15,650 bases of DNA from Candidatus Sysuimicrobiota bacterium (GCA_040289515.1 PSLI01000042.1:1-15650); one strand, 5' to 3'. Counted from the first letter of the stretch, positions 1 to 8,400 are shown. Numbers and translations: made by a program. Notes: a model not told the origin generated them from the letters alone.

Positions 1-82
1 GGTGGCCCCCTTTTGTCAAGGCGTGCTAGCCCTGGGCCCTAGGGCCCACGGGAATTTACACCACCACCCGGGACTTTAACCC
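1..82 (-). mobile_element. Probable terminal end of an IS256-family (IS1081-like) insertion sequence that runs off the left edge of the window
   Basis: The minus strand from ~81 reads GGTTAAAGTCCCGGGTGGTGGTGTAA, resembling IS256/IS1081-type termini as I recall them (GTTACGTCC..GG..GTGGTGTA). It begins where IS3 orfB homology stops, and is followed by TTGACA and a purine-rich AAAAGGGGG tract at the window edge. No transposase is visible in the window. Confidence 0.4.
33..48. repeat. Perfect 16-bp palindrome TGGGCCCTAGGGCCCA
   Basis: Self-complementary sequence read directly; it lies inside the putative IS end. Confidence 0.85.
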
Positions 83-180
83 TCCCGGTTCAAGGTGGCG
101 AAGAAGGCCTCGCAGAGGGCCTTGTCGTACGCATCCCCCTGGCGCCGCATGGACGCCAAAATCCCCGCTTGCTGGAGGCG
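76..180 (-). pseudogene. IS3-family transposase OrfB fragment (C-terminal part of the DDE core)
   Basis: Translates as RLQQAGILASMRRQGDAYDKALCEAFFATLNREG*, matching the IS3 OrfB motif G...SM...G..YDNA..ESFF.TL..E that carries the catalytic Glu. Confidence 0.8.
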
Positions 181-188
181 AGCCACAG

Positions 189-378
189 CTCCGCCGTGGT
201 CAGCCCGTCGCTACGCAGCCCCGCGTCCAGCTCCGCCTGCTTCCCCCACGCACGCAGCGCCCCGTGCGCGATCCAGTAGATCCGCGGCCGCCTGCAAGAT
301 CGGCCGCCCCGAGGTCCGAACCCACTGCACCGCCTCCTCCCGGAACTGCCGCGGGTACGGGGGTCTACTCCTTGGCAT
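189..378 (-). pseudogene. IS3-family transposase OrfA fragment (HTH), frameshifted and truncated
   Basis: ATG at 378 gives MPRSRPPYPRQFREEAVQWVRTSGRPILQAAADL; after a frameshift near 276 it continues IAHGALRAWGKQAELDAGLRSDGLTTAE. This is the typical IS3 OrfA N-terminus (Y..EFR.EAV..V..SGR...A.DLG.....LR.W.KQA..D.G...GLTT.E). Confidence 0.8.
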
Positions 379-530
379 CGTGGATCACTCCTTTCCGAGG
401 CTGTCGCCTCCAGTCTCAGCGTGTCCACGAAACCGGGGCAAGTCCAACCACGGTTGGAGGCTTCGCTCTCCCCCGCAAGGCTCGTGGCCCGCGGCGGTTC
501 ACGGACCGGTGGCGTTCCGGGTCGCGGCAG

Positions 531-1325
531 TCAGGCGAAGCGGAGAGACAGGGGCGGGAACCCGGACATCTCCAGGGTCACCACGTCGCCCCGCTGCAGC
601 GGTACTGCGCGGCCCAGGGACCCGGAGAGCACCACGTCCCCTTCGTCCAGGGCTTCCCCGAACTCGGCCAGCTTGTTGGACAGCCAGGCCACCGCGCGCG
701 CGGGGTGACCCAGGGCCGCAGCCCCTACGCCTTCGGTGACCGCCTGGCCGTTGTAGCTGAGGACCATGCCCACCAGGCGCAGGTCCTGGTGGCGTGCCCG
801 GGCCGACCACGGGCCCAGCACGAAGCCGCCGAAGGAGGCGTTGTCCGCCACCGTGTCGGTGATGCGGATCCGCCAGTCCGTGATGCGGGAGTCGATGATC
901 TCGATCGCGCAGGTCACCGCGTCCGTGGCCGCCAGCACGTCCTGCAGGGTGACGTGGGGCCCCCGCAGGGGCCGCCCCAGCAGAAAGGCGATCTCGCCTT
1001 CCACCCGGGGCTGCAGGAAGATGTCGAAGGCCACCTCCCCGCGCCCGCCCGTTTGCGGTACGTGGCGGGAGGCCCACAGGCACCCGTAGTCGGGCTCGCG
1101 CACCCCCAGCTGGGCCTGCATGGCGGCGCTGGTGAGCCCGATCTTGCGCCCCGCCAGCTCCTCCCCGGCCTGTCGGCGCAGGGCGTTCCACCGCTGTTGA
1201 ACCGCGTAAGCCTGCTGCACGTCCACCAGGCCTTCCTCGCTGAGGGGAGGAATGGGACGGCGGGAGTGCAGCGCCTCCTCCAGCCGCTTCGCCAGCCGGT
1301 CCGCGTCTAGTGGTTGCTCAGGCAT
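531..1325 (-). CDS. mhpD: 2-keto-4-pentenoate (2-hydroxypenta-2,4-dienoate) hydratase, FAH superfamily
   Basis: Motifs GRKIGLTS.AMQAQLGV.EPDYG, QPRVEGEIAF, AIEIIDSRI.DWRI...DTVADNAS, LGHPA.AVAWL. Start reassigned to ATG 1325 (MPEQPLDADRL; GGAGG upstream), overlapping the upstream gene's 3' end by 19 nt; 264 aa. Confidence 0.88.
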   Translation of the reverse strand: MPEQPLDADRLAKRLEEALHSRRPIPPLSEEGLVDVQQAYAVQQRWNALRRQAGEELAGRKIGLTSAAMQAQLGVREPDYGCLWASRHVPQTGGRGEVAFDIFLQPRVEGEIAFLLGRPLRGPHVTLQDVLAATDAVTCAIEIIDSRITDWRIRITDTVADNASFGGFVLGPWSARARHQDLRLVGMVLSYNGQAVTEGVGAAALGHPARAVAWLSNKLAEFGEALDEGDVVLSGSLGRAVPLQRGDVVTLEMSGFPPLSLRFA

Positions 1326-2764
1326 ACCGTCTTGGCCTCCGTGTAGAACTCCAGGCTGTACTGCGCGCCTTCCCGGCCAATGCCGCTGGACTTCATCCCG
1401 CCGAAGGGCACCCGCAGATCTCGCACAAAGAAGTCGTTGACCCACACGGTGCCTACCTCCAAGGCGTTGGCCACGCGCACCGCCCGGCCCACATCCTTCG
1501 TCTGCACCACCGCCGACAGACCGTATGGGACGCCGTTGGCGATCTCGATGGCCTCTTCCTCGGTGTCGAAGGGCAGGACGGTAACCACCGGACCGAACAC
1601 CTCCTCCTGGCAGATGCGGTCGCTGGGCCGGACGCCGGTGATCACGGTGGGGTTGAGAAAGTTGCCGCCATCAAACGGAGCCGGCAGCTCCGGCTGGTCG
1701 CCCCCCAGCAACACGTGGGCCCCCTGGGATCGTGCCTCCTCCACGTAGCCCATGACCCGCTGCAGGTGTTCGGGCGCGATGAGGGCGCCCAGGGTGGTGC
1801 GAGGGTCCATGGGATCACCGGGGCGCAGCGCCCCGCAAGCGGCCAGAAACCGGTCCACGAAGGCCTGATACAGGGGCCGCTGCACCAACAGCCTCGGACC
1901 TGCCAGGCAGAACTCGCCCTGGTTGAAGAAGGCGGCCCGTACGCTTACCTCCACCACGCGGTCCAGATCCGCGTCCGCGAACACGATGTTGGGACCCTTG
2001 CCGCCCAGCTCAAAACTGAGTCGCTTCAGGGTGGGGGCCGCGGCTGCCATGATGGTCTTGCCCGTGGTGGTCTCGCCCGTGAAGGAGATGAGGCGCACCA
2101 GGGGATGCTTGGTGAGGAACTCGCCCGCGGAGTTCGGACCGAACCCGTGCACCACGTTCAGTACGCCCGGGGGTAGACCCACTCGGTGGGCGATCTGCGC
2201 CAGCTTCCACGCCCCAATGGGGGTGTACTCCGCGGGCTTCAGCACCACGGTGTTGCCGAAGGCCAGGGCGGGGCCGATCTTCCACGTCTCCAGGAGCAAG
2301 GGCACGTTCCAAGGGGTGATGAGCGCTGCCACGCCCACGGGCATCCGCTGCACGTAGTTCACGTACCCGTTGTCCATGAGGAACGCTTCGCTGCCGTGGG
2401 TGGCGGCGAAGTCCGCGAAGAACTCGATGTTGTTGGCCACCCGGGCGATGTACACCTGCGGGTTGTTCTCTCGGATGGGCCGGCCCACGTCCCAGGTCTC
2501 CACCCGAGCCAGCTCCTCCGCCTCCTCGCGGATGGCGCGGGCGAAGGCGTGCAGGATCCTCCGCCGCTCCGCCACGGGGGTACGGCTCCACGTGGGGAAG
2601 GCCCGGTGGGCAGCCTGCACCGCGGCGTCCACTTCGTCGGGGCCTGCCTCCGGCGCGGTACCGATCACTTGGTTCGTGGCGGGGTAGAAGACCTCGAACC
2701 GGTTCGTCCCCTTGCGGAACTCCCCGCCGATGTAGTGCTCCACCTCGAAGCGTGGCAGCCCCAT
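1307..2764 (-). CDS. dmpC: 2-hydroxymuconic semialdehyde dehydrogenase-like NAD+-dependent aldehyde dehydrogenase (DmpC/XylG type)
   Basis: ITPWNVPLLLETWKIGPALAFGN, VVHGFGPNSAGEFLT.HP, SFTGETTTG, catalytic Glu in FELGGK, catalytic Cys in NQGEFCLAG, EEVFGPV, RDLRVPFGGMKSSGIGREG. Start ATG 2764 after GAGGAGG; 485 aa; lies among meta-pathway genes. Confidence 0.85.
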   Translation of the reverse strand: MGLPRFEVEHYIGGEFRKGTNRFEVFYPATNQVIGTAPEAGPDEVDAAVQAAHRAFPTWSRTPVAERRRILHAFARAIREEAEELARVETWDVGRPIRENNPQVYIARVANNIEFFADFAATHGSEAFLMDNGYVNYVQRMPVGVAALITPWNVPLLLETWKIGPALAFGNTVVLKPAEYTPIGAWKLAQIAHRVGLPPGVLNVVHGFGPNSAGEFLTKHPLVRLISFTGETTTGKTIMAAAAPTLKRLSFELGGKGPNIVFADADLDRVVEVSVRAAFFNQGEFCLAGPRLLVQRPLYQAFVDRFLAACGALRPGDPMDPRTTLGALIAPEHLQRVMGYVEEARSQGAHVLLGGDQPELPAPFDGGNFLNPTVITGVRPSDRICQEEVFGPVVTVLPFDTEEEAIEIANGVPYGLSAVVQTKDVGRAVRVANALEVGTVWVNDFFVRDLRVPFGGMKSSGIGREGAQYSLEFYTEAKTVCLSNH

Positions 2765-2775
2765 GCTGGACCTCC

Positions 2776-3510
2776 TCAAGCCTCGAACCGCATCAGCAGC
2801 GTGGTAGCGCCGCCCCACACCTCCACGGTGCCTGCCTCTGCGGGCACCGCGGCTGCGGGGGACCCCAGAAAGACCACCTGGCCCGCTTCCAGGCCGCCCA
2901 TACGGTCCGCCAGCCAGGCCACCCGCAAGCCGAGGTCTCCCAGGGACTCTACCGGGCCCTCTGAGCGCAGGACGCCGTTGACGAACAGGCGCAGCTGGAC
3001 CGGCAGGTCCGGCTCCGCCAGGGACACCGGGCCCAGGGCGAACGCACCCCCGCTGGCGTTGTCCGCCACCACCTCCGGCGCGGTGAAGCGATAGTCCTGC
3101 CACACGCTATCCAGGACGTCCACGGCCAGGAAAAGGCCGCCGAAGGCGGCCCGCACCCGGCTAGGCGGGGTTCCCGGGACCACCGGAGAGCGCAGAACCA
3201 CGGCCAGCTCGGGCTCCAGCCGGGGTTGCAGGAAGCGCCCCAACGACACCACGGAGTCCACCAGCATATCCGCGTACACGCGGCCGTAAATGGGCTCATG
3301 GATCCCCATCTGACGCTGCTTGGCTTCGCTCAGCAGCCCCAGCTTGTAGCCCCGCAGCACCTGGCCCTCCCCGAGGGCTGCCTGCACCCGGTAGGCTGCT
3401 TCCAGGGAAACGGGGGACGACCCTGCGCTGGACAGGAGGGTCCGCGCCGCGCGCGCGGACCGGATGCGGTCCGCCAGCTGCTGTTCCATGGCCGTGAGCA
3501 CAGTACCCAT
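2776..3510 (-). CDS. 4-oxalocrotonate decarboxylase-like FAH-family protein (DmpH/XylI-like, divergent)
   Basis: GYKLGLLSEAKQRQMGIHEPIYG (DmpH-like AK..QMG...PIYG), QPRLEPELAVVL, VVADNAS. It is the second FAH paralog in a meta operon. Alternative start at ATG 3489. Confidence 0.7.
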   Translation of the reverse strand: MGTVLTAMEQQLADRIRSARAARTLLSSAGSSPVSLEAAYRVQAALGEGQVLRGYKLGLLSEAKQRQMGIHEPIYGRVYADMLVDSVVSLGRFLQPRLEPELAVVLRSPVVPGTPPSRVRAAFGGLFLAVDVLDSVWQDYRFTAPEVVADNASGGAFALGPVSLAEPDLPVQLRLFVNGVLRSEGPVESLGDLGLRVAWLADRMGGLEAGQVVFLGSPAAAVPAEAGTVEVWGGATTLLMRFEA

Positions 3511-3519
3511 TGGCCCGCC

Positions 3520-4539
3520 TCAGGAGGCCACGGCGGCCTGCTTCTGGCGCACGAGGTCCAGCGCCACGTCCAGGATCCAGTCCTCCTGGCCTGCCACCGC
3601 CTTGCGCCGACCCAGTTCCACCAGGATCTCCCGGGGATCCAGACCGAGCTGCTCCCCGATGCGCCGGGCGTGCAAGAGGAAGGTGGAGTAGGTGCCGGCG
3701 TACCCGATGGTGAGGGCGTCCCGGTCCGGCATGGGCTGGAAGGGCATCATGGGTGCGAGGACGAACTCCGCGGCGTCCATGAGCCTGAAAACGTCCAGCC
3801 CCGGGTTCAGCCCGGCCTTGTCCAGCACCGCGGCCAGCACCTCCGTGGCGGCGTTCCCCGCCCCGGCCCCGCAGCCCCGCAGAGACCCATCCAGCTGGTC
3901 GGCGCCGGCCTCCAGGGCCGCCAGACAGTTGCCGATCCCCAGCCCCAGGTTGTTGTGGGGGTGGAAACCCACCTGGATGCGCAGGGCCTGCTTGAGCTCC
4001 CGCACCGCGGCGGCCACCTGCCAGGGCAGCATGGCGCCCGCGGAGTCGGTTACGTACACGCAGTCCGCCCCGTAGGACTCCATGAGCCGCGCCTGTTCCG
4101 CCAGCTGCTGGGGCGAGATCATGTGGGCCATCATGAGGAGGCCCACCGCCTCCATCCCCAGCTCCTTCGCCAGCCCGAAGTGCTGCTCGGAGATATCCGC
4201 CTCGGTGCACTGGGTGGCGATGCGGGCGACCGTGGCTCCCCGGCGCACCGCCTCCCGCAGCTCCTTCCGGGTGCCGATGCCGGGGATGAGGAGGATGGCG
4301 ATGCGGGCCCGGCGTGCCGCGGAGGCCGCTTCGTCCACCAGGTCCAGATCCGGCACCCGGGAGAACCCGTACTGGATGGAGGAGCCCGCTAGCCCGTCCC
4401 CGTGGGTGACCTCGATGACAGGCACCCCCGCCTCGTCGAGGGCCGCCGTCACCCGACGTACCTGCTCCCGGGTGAACTGGTGGCGAAAGGCGTGGGACCC
4501 GTCCCGCAGGGTCGTGTCGGTAATCCGAGGGGGCTTCAT
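3520..4539 (-). CDS. dmpG: 4-hydroxy-2-oxovalerate aldolase
   Basis: [74 protein letters not shown]. True start ATG 4539, which overlaps the dmpF stop (ATGA); 339 aa. Confidence 0.95.
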   Translation of the reverse strand: MKPPRITDTTLRDGSHAFRHQFTREQVRRVTAALDEAGVPVIEVTHGDGLAGSSIQYGFSRVPDLDLVDEAASAARRARIAILLIPGIGTRKELREAVRRGATVARIATQCTEADISEQHFGLAKELGMEAVGLLMMAHMISPQQLAEQARLMESYGADCVYVTDSAGAMLPWQVAAAVRELKQALRIQVGFHPHNNLGLGIGNCLAALEAGADQLDGSLRGCGAGAGNAATEVLAAVLDKAGLNPGLDVFRLMDAAEFVLAPMMPFQPMPDRDALTIGYAGTYSTFLLHARRIGEQLGLDPREILVELGRRKAVAGQEDWILDVALDLVRQKQAAVAS

Positions 4540-5453
4540 GCGACCGCTCCCGTCAGCATGTGCTGGGCGATCAGTTCGCCCACCCGTCGGGCTGCCGCGG
4601 TCATGATGTCCAGGTTGCCTGCGTAGGTGGGCAGGTAGTCGCCCGCGCCCTCGATCTCCAGCAGCATGGCCACCACCGTCCGCTCGCCCCAGGGGGTTTC
4701 CCGTCGGTCGAAGTGGGGCCCGTTCTTCAGCCGGTAGCCGGGCACGTATCGCTGAACCTCCGCCACCATGCGTTTCACCGAATCCCGGATGCGGTCGGGG
4801 TCCGCGTCGTCGTCCTCCGGGATGCAGTAGATGGTGTTGCGCATGATGATGGGCGGCTCTGCGGGGTTCAGGATGATGATGGCCTTGCCCATGGCCGCCC
4901 CGCCGATGACTTCCAGGCCCCGGGCGGTGGTGGAGGTGAACTCGTCGATGTTCTGCCGGGTGCCGGGTCCCGCCGACCGGCTGCCCACCGTCGACACGAT
5001 CTCCGCGTACCGCACGGGGCTCACGCGGTTCACGGCGTGCACCAGGGGAATGGTAGCCTGACCGCCACACGTGATCAGGTTCACGTTGGGCACGTCCAGG
5101 TGCTCGCCCAGGTTCACGGGCGGAACCACATACGGCCCTACTGCCGCGGGAGTGAGATCCACCGCCACCTTGCCTGCTTCCCGCAGCACCTTGGCATGGC
5201 GGAGGTGCGCTTTGGCGCTGGTGGCGTCGAACACGATGCGGATCTCCGGATCCTCCAGGATGGCCTGCACGCCCTCCACACTGGTACGCAACCCGAGGGC
5301 CTGGGCTCGGGCCAGCCCCTGGGACTGCGGATCGATCCCCGCCACCAGTACCAGCTCCATGGGGCCCGGGTTCTTAAGGATCTTGTACATGAGGTCGGTC
5401 CCGATGTTGCCCGACCCCAGGATCGCCACCTTCACCTTGCCGTTTGCGCTCAT
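4536..5453 (-). CDS. dmpF: Acetaldehyde dehydrogenase (acylating)
   Basis: [42 protein letters not shown] (catalytic Cys), [37 protein letters not shown]; coupled to dmpG. Confidence 0.95.
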   Translation of the reverse strand: MSANGKVKVAILGSGNIGTDLMYKILKNPGPMELVLVAGIDPQSQGLARAQALGLRTSVEGVQAILEDPEIRIVFDATSAKAHLRHAKVLREAGKVAVDLTPAAVGPYVVPPVNLGEHLDVPNVNLITCGGQATIPLVHAVNRVSPVRYAEIVSTVGSRSAGPGTRQNIDEFTSTTARGLEVIGGAAMGKAIIILNPAEPPIIMRNTIYCIPEDDDADPDRIRDSVKRMVAEVQRYVPGYRLKNGPHFDRRETPWGERTVVAMLLEIEGAGDYLPTYAGNLDIMTAAARRVGELIAQHMLTGAVA

Positions 5454-5480
5454 GGTCCCACCTTCTCCCCCTGTGGGTTG

Positions 5481-6467
5481 CTACTCGCTCACCACCGTCA
5501 CCGGCGCGAAAAGCTCCTCGAGGGGTTTCGGGCGTTCCACGAACCCCTGCTCTACCAGGTACCGCAGAAGGGTCTGGAGGGTCCTGCGGTTCTTCTCTAG
5601 CCCGTAGGGCCAGGGGTCCTCGCCCAGTACCCGCTCGGTGTCCTCCAGCTCCGCGTGCAGCCAGGGCAGGGTGTAGCGCAACGCCCCACTGAACCGCATC
5701 TGCTCCAAGCACCAGGTCTTGGCAGCCACGAAGGCCTTGTAGAGGCTGTGGGCGACCCACGGGTGCTGACGGTAGACGGACTCCCGGATCACCACCGTGT
5801 GCATGATGGGGAAGATCCCCGTGCGCTGGTAGGAGTCCTTCTCCACGGCGCGGTAGTCGGCGAACAGCCGTTCCACCCGCGGGTCCCGGCCCAAGGCGCG
5901 GGGAATGCGGGCACCGATGAGGGCGTCCAGGTCCCCGGCCACCAGCATGTCGTTCAGCGTGCGGTCGAACACCCGCTGGATCGGGGGGGCGGTCTTGGGC
6001 CACTCCACCAGGGCATCCGGCCGACCCAGGCCGTTCACGCCCCCTGTGTACCACTTGCACGAGGACCAGTCCACCCCGTACTCGTCCTGCAGGATGCCGC
6101 GAATCCACACGGCGGCGGTCTGGCTGTACTCGGGTACCCCCACCCGCTTCCCCTCGAGGTCCTTGGGGGTTTGGATACTGCTGTTTCGGTTCACGAACAC
6201 GAAGCCGTGGCGAAACATGCGGGAGGGGAACACCGGGATGGCCACGAAGGGGAAGCCGCCCCGGTTGCGGCGGATGAAGTACAGGGAGCAGGACATCTCC
6301 GAGACGTCGTAGCACTCCGTGGCCACCATGCGGGCGAACAGCTCCGGTGGGGACTGCACGGGCACGTAAACAAGGTCGATCCCCTCGGGGCGCACCACGC
6401 CCGTCGCCAGGGCCTCGGTGCGGTCATAGGGGCCGCAGGCCAGGCTCAGACGCAACTCCGCCCCCAC
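5481..6467 (-). CDS. 4,5-dihydroxyphthalate decarboxylase (OphC/Pht5)-family protein, periplasmic-binding-protein-like fold, no signal peptide
   Basis: L.LSLACGPYDRT.AL..G.V.PEG, YDVSEMS.S.Y, AIPVFPSR.FRH, DL.GKRVGVPEY.QTAAVW.RGIL, TGIFPIMH, G.DPWPYG; 328 aa. GTG 6467 follows AAGGAGG with short spacing, so TTG 6455 is an alternative start. Confidence 0.78.
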   Translation of the reverse strand: MGAELRLSLACGPYDRTEALATGVVRPEGIDLVYVPVQSPPELFARMVATECYDVSEMSCSLYFIRRNRGGFPFVAIPVFPSRMFRHGFVFVNRNSSIQTPKDLEGKRVGVPEYSQTAAVWIRGILQDEYGVDWSSCKWYTGGVNGLGRPDALVEWPKTAPPIQRVFDRTLNDMLVAGDLDALIGARIPRALGRDPRVERLFADYRAVEKDSYQRTGIFPIMHTVVIRESVYRQHPWVAHSLYKAFVAAKTWCLEQMRFSGALRYTLPWLHAELEDTERVLGEDPWPYGLEKNRRTLQTLLRYLVEQGFVERPKPLEELFAPVTVVSE

Positions 6468-6475
6468 ACACCTCC

Positions 6476-6994
6476 TTATAGAGGGTACACGAACACGTCC
6501 TGCAGGACGGCGATGTCCAGAACGACCCACTTGGACCGGAACCGAGGTCCGTGGGGCCCGAATTCCACCACGTCGCGGTACTCCCCCAGGGCCAGCAGAC
6601 GTGGCGTGGGGTCGCTCACGGGCGTGACCCACACCGCGAAATTGGCCACCACGCGGACGGTGCCGTCCTCCTGTGCCTCCGTCCACACGGGACCGACCAC
6701 GTGCCGTGGGCGCACCTGGTTGTAGTGACAGTCCTCCGCACGTCCGCCGGCGCCCCAGAACTCCCGGATGACCGTTACCCGGTCCCGGATACGGTCTTTC
6801 GTGTCGTCGCACACCACCGCCACGGGCAGCCCAGCCTCGAGGTTCTCTCGCGTGACCACCCAATACTCCGCCTGCTCTGCGAACAGGTCCGGCCACTCCT
6901 CGATGCGGTCGGGGTTGTCCACGACTCGCACATAGTAGCTCAGAAGCTCACGCGCTGCCTGCTGTCGGTGGTGCGTGTCATCCATCGTCCTCAC
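6476..6994 (-). CDS. Aromatic ring-hydroxylating oxygenase beta (small) subunit, NagH/AndAd-like
   Basis: EEWPDLFAE.AEY....REN...GLP......D....DRV, R.RHVVG, G.YRDVV, F.SK.VVLD, YPL end. GTG 6994 overlaps the alpha-subunit stop (GTGA) and has GGAGG upstream; ATG 6985 is an alternative. Confidence 0.88.
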   Translation of the reverse strand: MRTMDDTHHRQQAARELLSYYVRVVDNPDRIEEWPDLFAEQAEYWVVTRENLEAGLPVAVVCDDTKDRIRDRVTVIREFWGAGGRAEDCHYNQVRPRHVVGPVWTEAQEDGTVRVVANFAVWVTPVSDPTPRLLALGEYRDVVEFGPHGPRFRSKWVVLDIAVLQDVFVYPL

Positions 6995-8208
6995 GGCCGA
7001 GCCTCCTCCGCGGACAGGCCGATCAAGCGGCGGTACGCCTGGTAGAAGTGCCGGATGGTGGCCTCGTCTACATGGCGGTAGGGTGGGAACCGCTTGGGGG
7101 TCCCCTTGAGTACCACGTTGTCGCCCCGGGCCACGGAGCTCATCTGTACCCGCTCGAGAGCTGCAGCGTCCTCCAGGGTGATGGCACCCGCGGGGCCCAA
7201 CACCGCAGGGCCCTGACGGACCCGGTGCCGTACTATCTCCTCCGGGTCGTCCGCCCGGGCGAAGAAAGCGAACTCGATGAGGGTCCGGTCGACCGCGAGA
7301 GGCTGCACATAGCGCAGCTGAAGGGTGTCGAAGTAATCGGTGACCACCCCGCAGGGGAACACCACCATCATGTTGTGGTCCGTGGTGGGCTTGGTCCGCA
7401 CGTCGAACAGGCTCATGTCGCGGAGCACGGGCTTCAGCTCGTCCCTCCGGCTCGACCGGGACCGGCCCCACAGATGACCGTTCTGCTCGTAGTTGGGGAC
7501 AAGCCGCTGGCCACCGTGAGACCGCAGGCGGACCACCTGGAACCCCGTGTGGAGGGTAGTCACGTGGTATCCGTCGTAAATGTTCTCCACGTACAGCTTC
7601 CAGTTGGTGTGGAAAATCACCTTGATGGAGCCCAGGTAGCGAAGCCGGCCATCCCCGAGCACCCGATCGAGCCCCTTCGTGAGCTCCGCCAGGTACGCTT
7701 CCAGAGGTGGGGTATCTTCGTGGAAGGAGGCGAACACCAGCCCTTTGTACAGGGCCACGCGGGCCCGGGGGAGGCCGTAGTCCTCCTTCCGGAACTCCGC
7801 GGGAAAGTCGTCCGGCAGGGATACCCCGAGCAGGGAGCCGTCGGGCGCATACGTCCACATGTGATAGATACAGCGGAACCCTCCCTTCAGGACGTTGCCC
7901 CGCGGGCCTTCGACCACTCGGGCGCCGCGGTGCGCGCAGGCGTTCACCAGCACCCGCGCTTGGCCGTCGGCACCTCGTACCACGATGACGGGGACCGTCC
8001 CCACGGAGATTGTCTTGTAGTCTCCGGGGGTGGGAACCTCCGCCTCGTGTCCTACCAGGACCCACACCGGGCCTGTGAACACCGCGTCCATCTCCCAGCG
8101 AAACAGGTCGGGATCCGTATAGATCTCCCTGGGAATGCGGTTGTCCTCCGCGGGCCACCGCAGGAGGACCGGCGGGCCTTCCGCGGTCCGAGGCAGTAGC
8201 CTTCTCAT
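6991..8208 (-). CDS. Rieske non-heme iron oxygenase alpha subunit, salicylate hydroxylase/anthranilate/terephthalate (NagG/AndAc/TphA2)-like group
   Basis: Rieske motif CAH-x19-CIYH, mononuclear Fe motif NWKLYVENIYDGYHVTTLH, GPAG.ITLED; the N-terminal W.....RIP..IYTD and short length (405 aa) resemble the NagG/TphA2 group. Confidence 0.9.
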   Translation of the reverse strand: MRRLLPRTAEGPPVLLRWPAEDNRIPREIYTDPDLFRWEMDAVFTGPVWVLVGHEAEVPTPGDYKTISVGTVPVIVVRGADGQARVLVNACAHRGARVVEGPRGNVLKGGFRCIYHMWTYAPDGSLLGVSLPDDFPAEFRKEDYGLPRARVALYKGLVFASFHEDTPPLEAYLAELTKGLDRVLGDGRLRYLGSIKVIFHTNWKLYVENIYDGYHVTTLHTGFQVVRLRSHGGQRLVPNYEQNGHLWGRSRSSRRDELKPVLRDMSLFDVRTKPTTDHNMMVVFPCGVVTDYFDTLQLRYVQPLAVDRTLIEFAFFARADDPEEIVRHRVRQGPAVLGPAGAITLEDAAALERVQMSSVARGDNVVLKGTPKRFPPYRHVDEATIRHFYQAYRRLIGLSAEEARP

Positions 8209-8275
8209 GAACCCCCTTCGTCCGACAGAAGCTCAGGCCCATTTTGAGCCGCGCTGCGGCGCCAGGGAAGGGGTC

Positions 8276-8318
8276 TGTTCAACCATCGTGAACAACGTGT
8301 GTGCGGGATAGTCGAACG
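8276..8318. promoter_or_regulatory. Tandem palindromic operator-like sites in the divergent promoter region (IclR-type appearance)
   Basis: TGTTCA-N7-TGAACA (8276-8294, perfect arms) and TGTGCG-N7-CGAACG (8300-8318), plus a TGTTCG half-site at 8326-8331, in the ~190-bp gap between the two divergent operons. Confidence 0.6.
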
Positions 8319-8400
8319 GCACCCTTGTTCGCCGGCTGGGGCTGGGCCATCCTTGGGACGGAAGCTTTTCCGCCCACTCCGGCGAGAGGGAGGAATGGTC

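Larger units (their letters stand above)
76..446 (-). mobile_element. Internally deleted, degenerate IS3-family insertion sequence remnant
   Basis: The minus strand from 446 reads TGGACTTGCCCCGGTTTCGTGGACA (IS3-type TG-starting left IR), then RBS GAAAGGAG, an orfA fragment and an orfB C-terminal DDE fragment. Confidence 0.8.

Noticed and set aside
90..428. 112-aa minus-strand ORF as a real gene
   Set aside because: Only its central part (IAHGALRAW...GLTTAE) is transposase-derived; the rest is out of frame.
443..458. Inverted repeat TCCAACC-AC-GGTTGGA as terminator of the leftward operon
   Set aside because: The loop is only 2 nt, there is no U-tract, and one arm is partly formed by the IS3 end; no function can be supported.
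3520..5070. Long N-terminal extensions on ORF-track calls (3520..5070, 1307..3103, 5481..6896, 531..1445, 11982..13439, 11041..12708, 8299..9672)
   Set aside because: The extensions are mostly Arg/Gly/Pro-rich read-through of neighbouring genes or intergenic DNA in high-GC sequence; family homology and RBS or overlap signals start at the downstream codons given.
264..8199. Many long plus-strand ORFs (e.g. 264..1310, 3226..4392, 4560..5600, 5655..6725, 7048..8199)
   Set aside because: Antisense shadows of well-supported minus-strand genes, expected from high GC3 codon bias; no recognisable motifs.
6476..8242. 588-aa ORF that might be a novel fusion ending in a dioxygenase beta domain
   Set aside because: The N-terminal ~415 aa is an off-frame shadow of the alpha-subunit gene; the real beta gene starts at 6994 with its own RBS and GTGA coupling.
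8231..8249. GCTCA-N9-TGAGC inverted repeat near the leftward start
   Set aside because: 5-bp arms are expected by chance; no supporting second copy.
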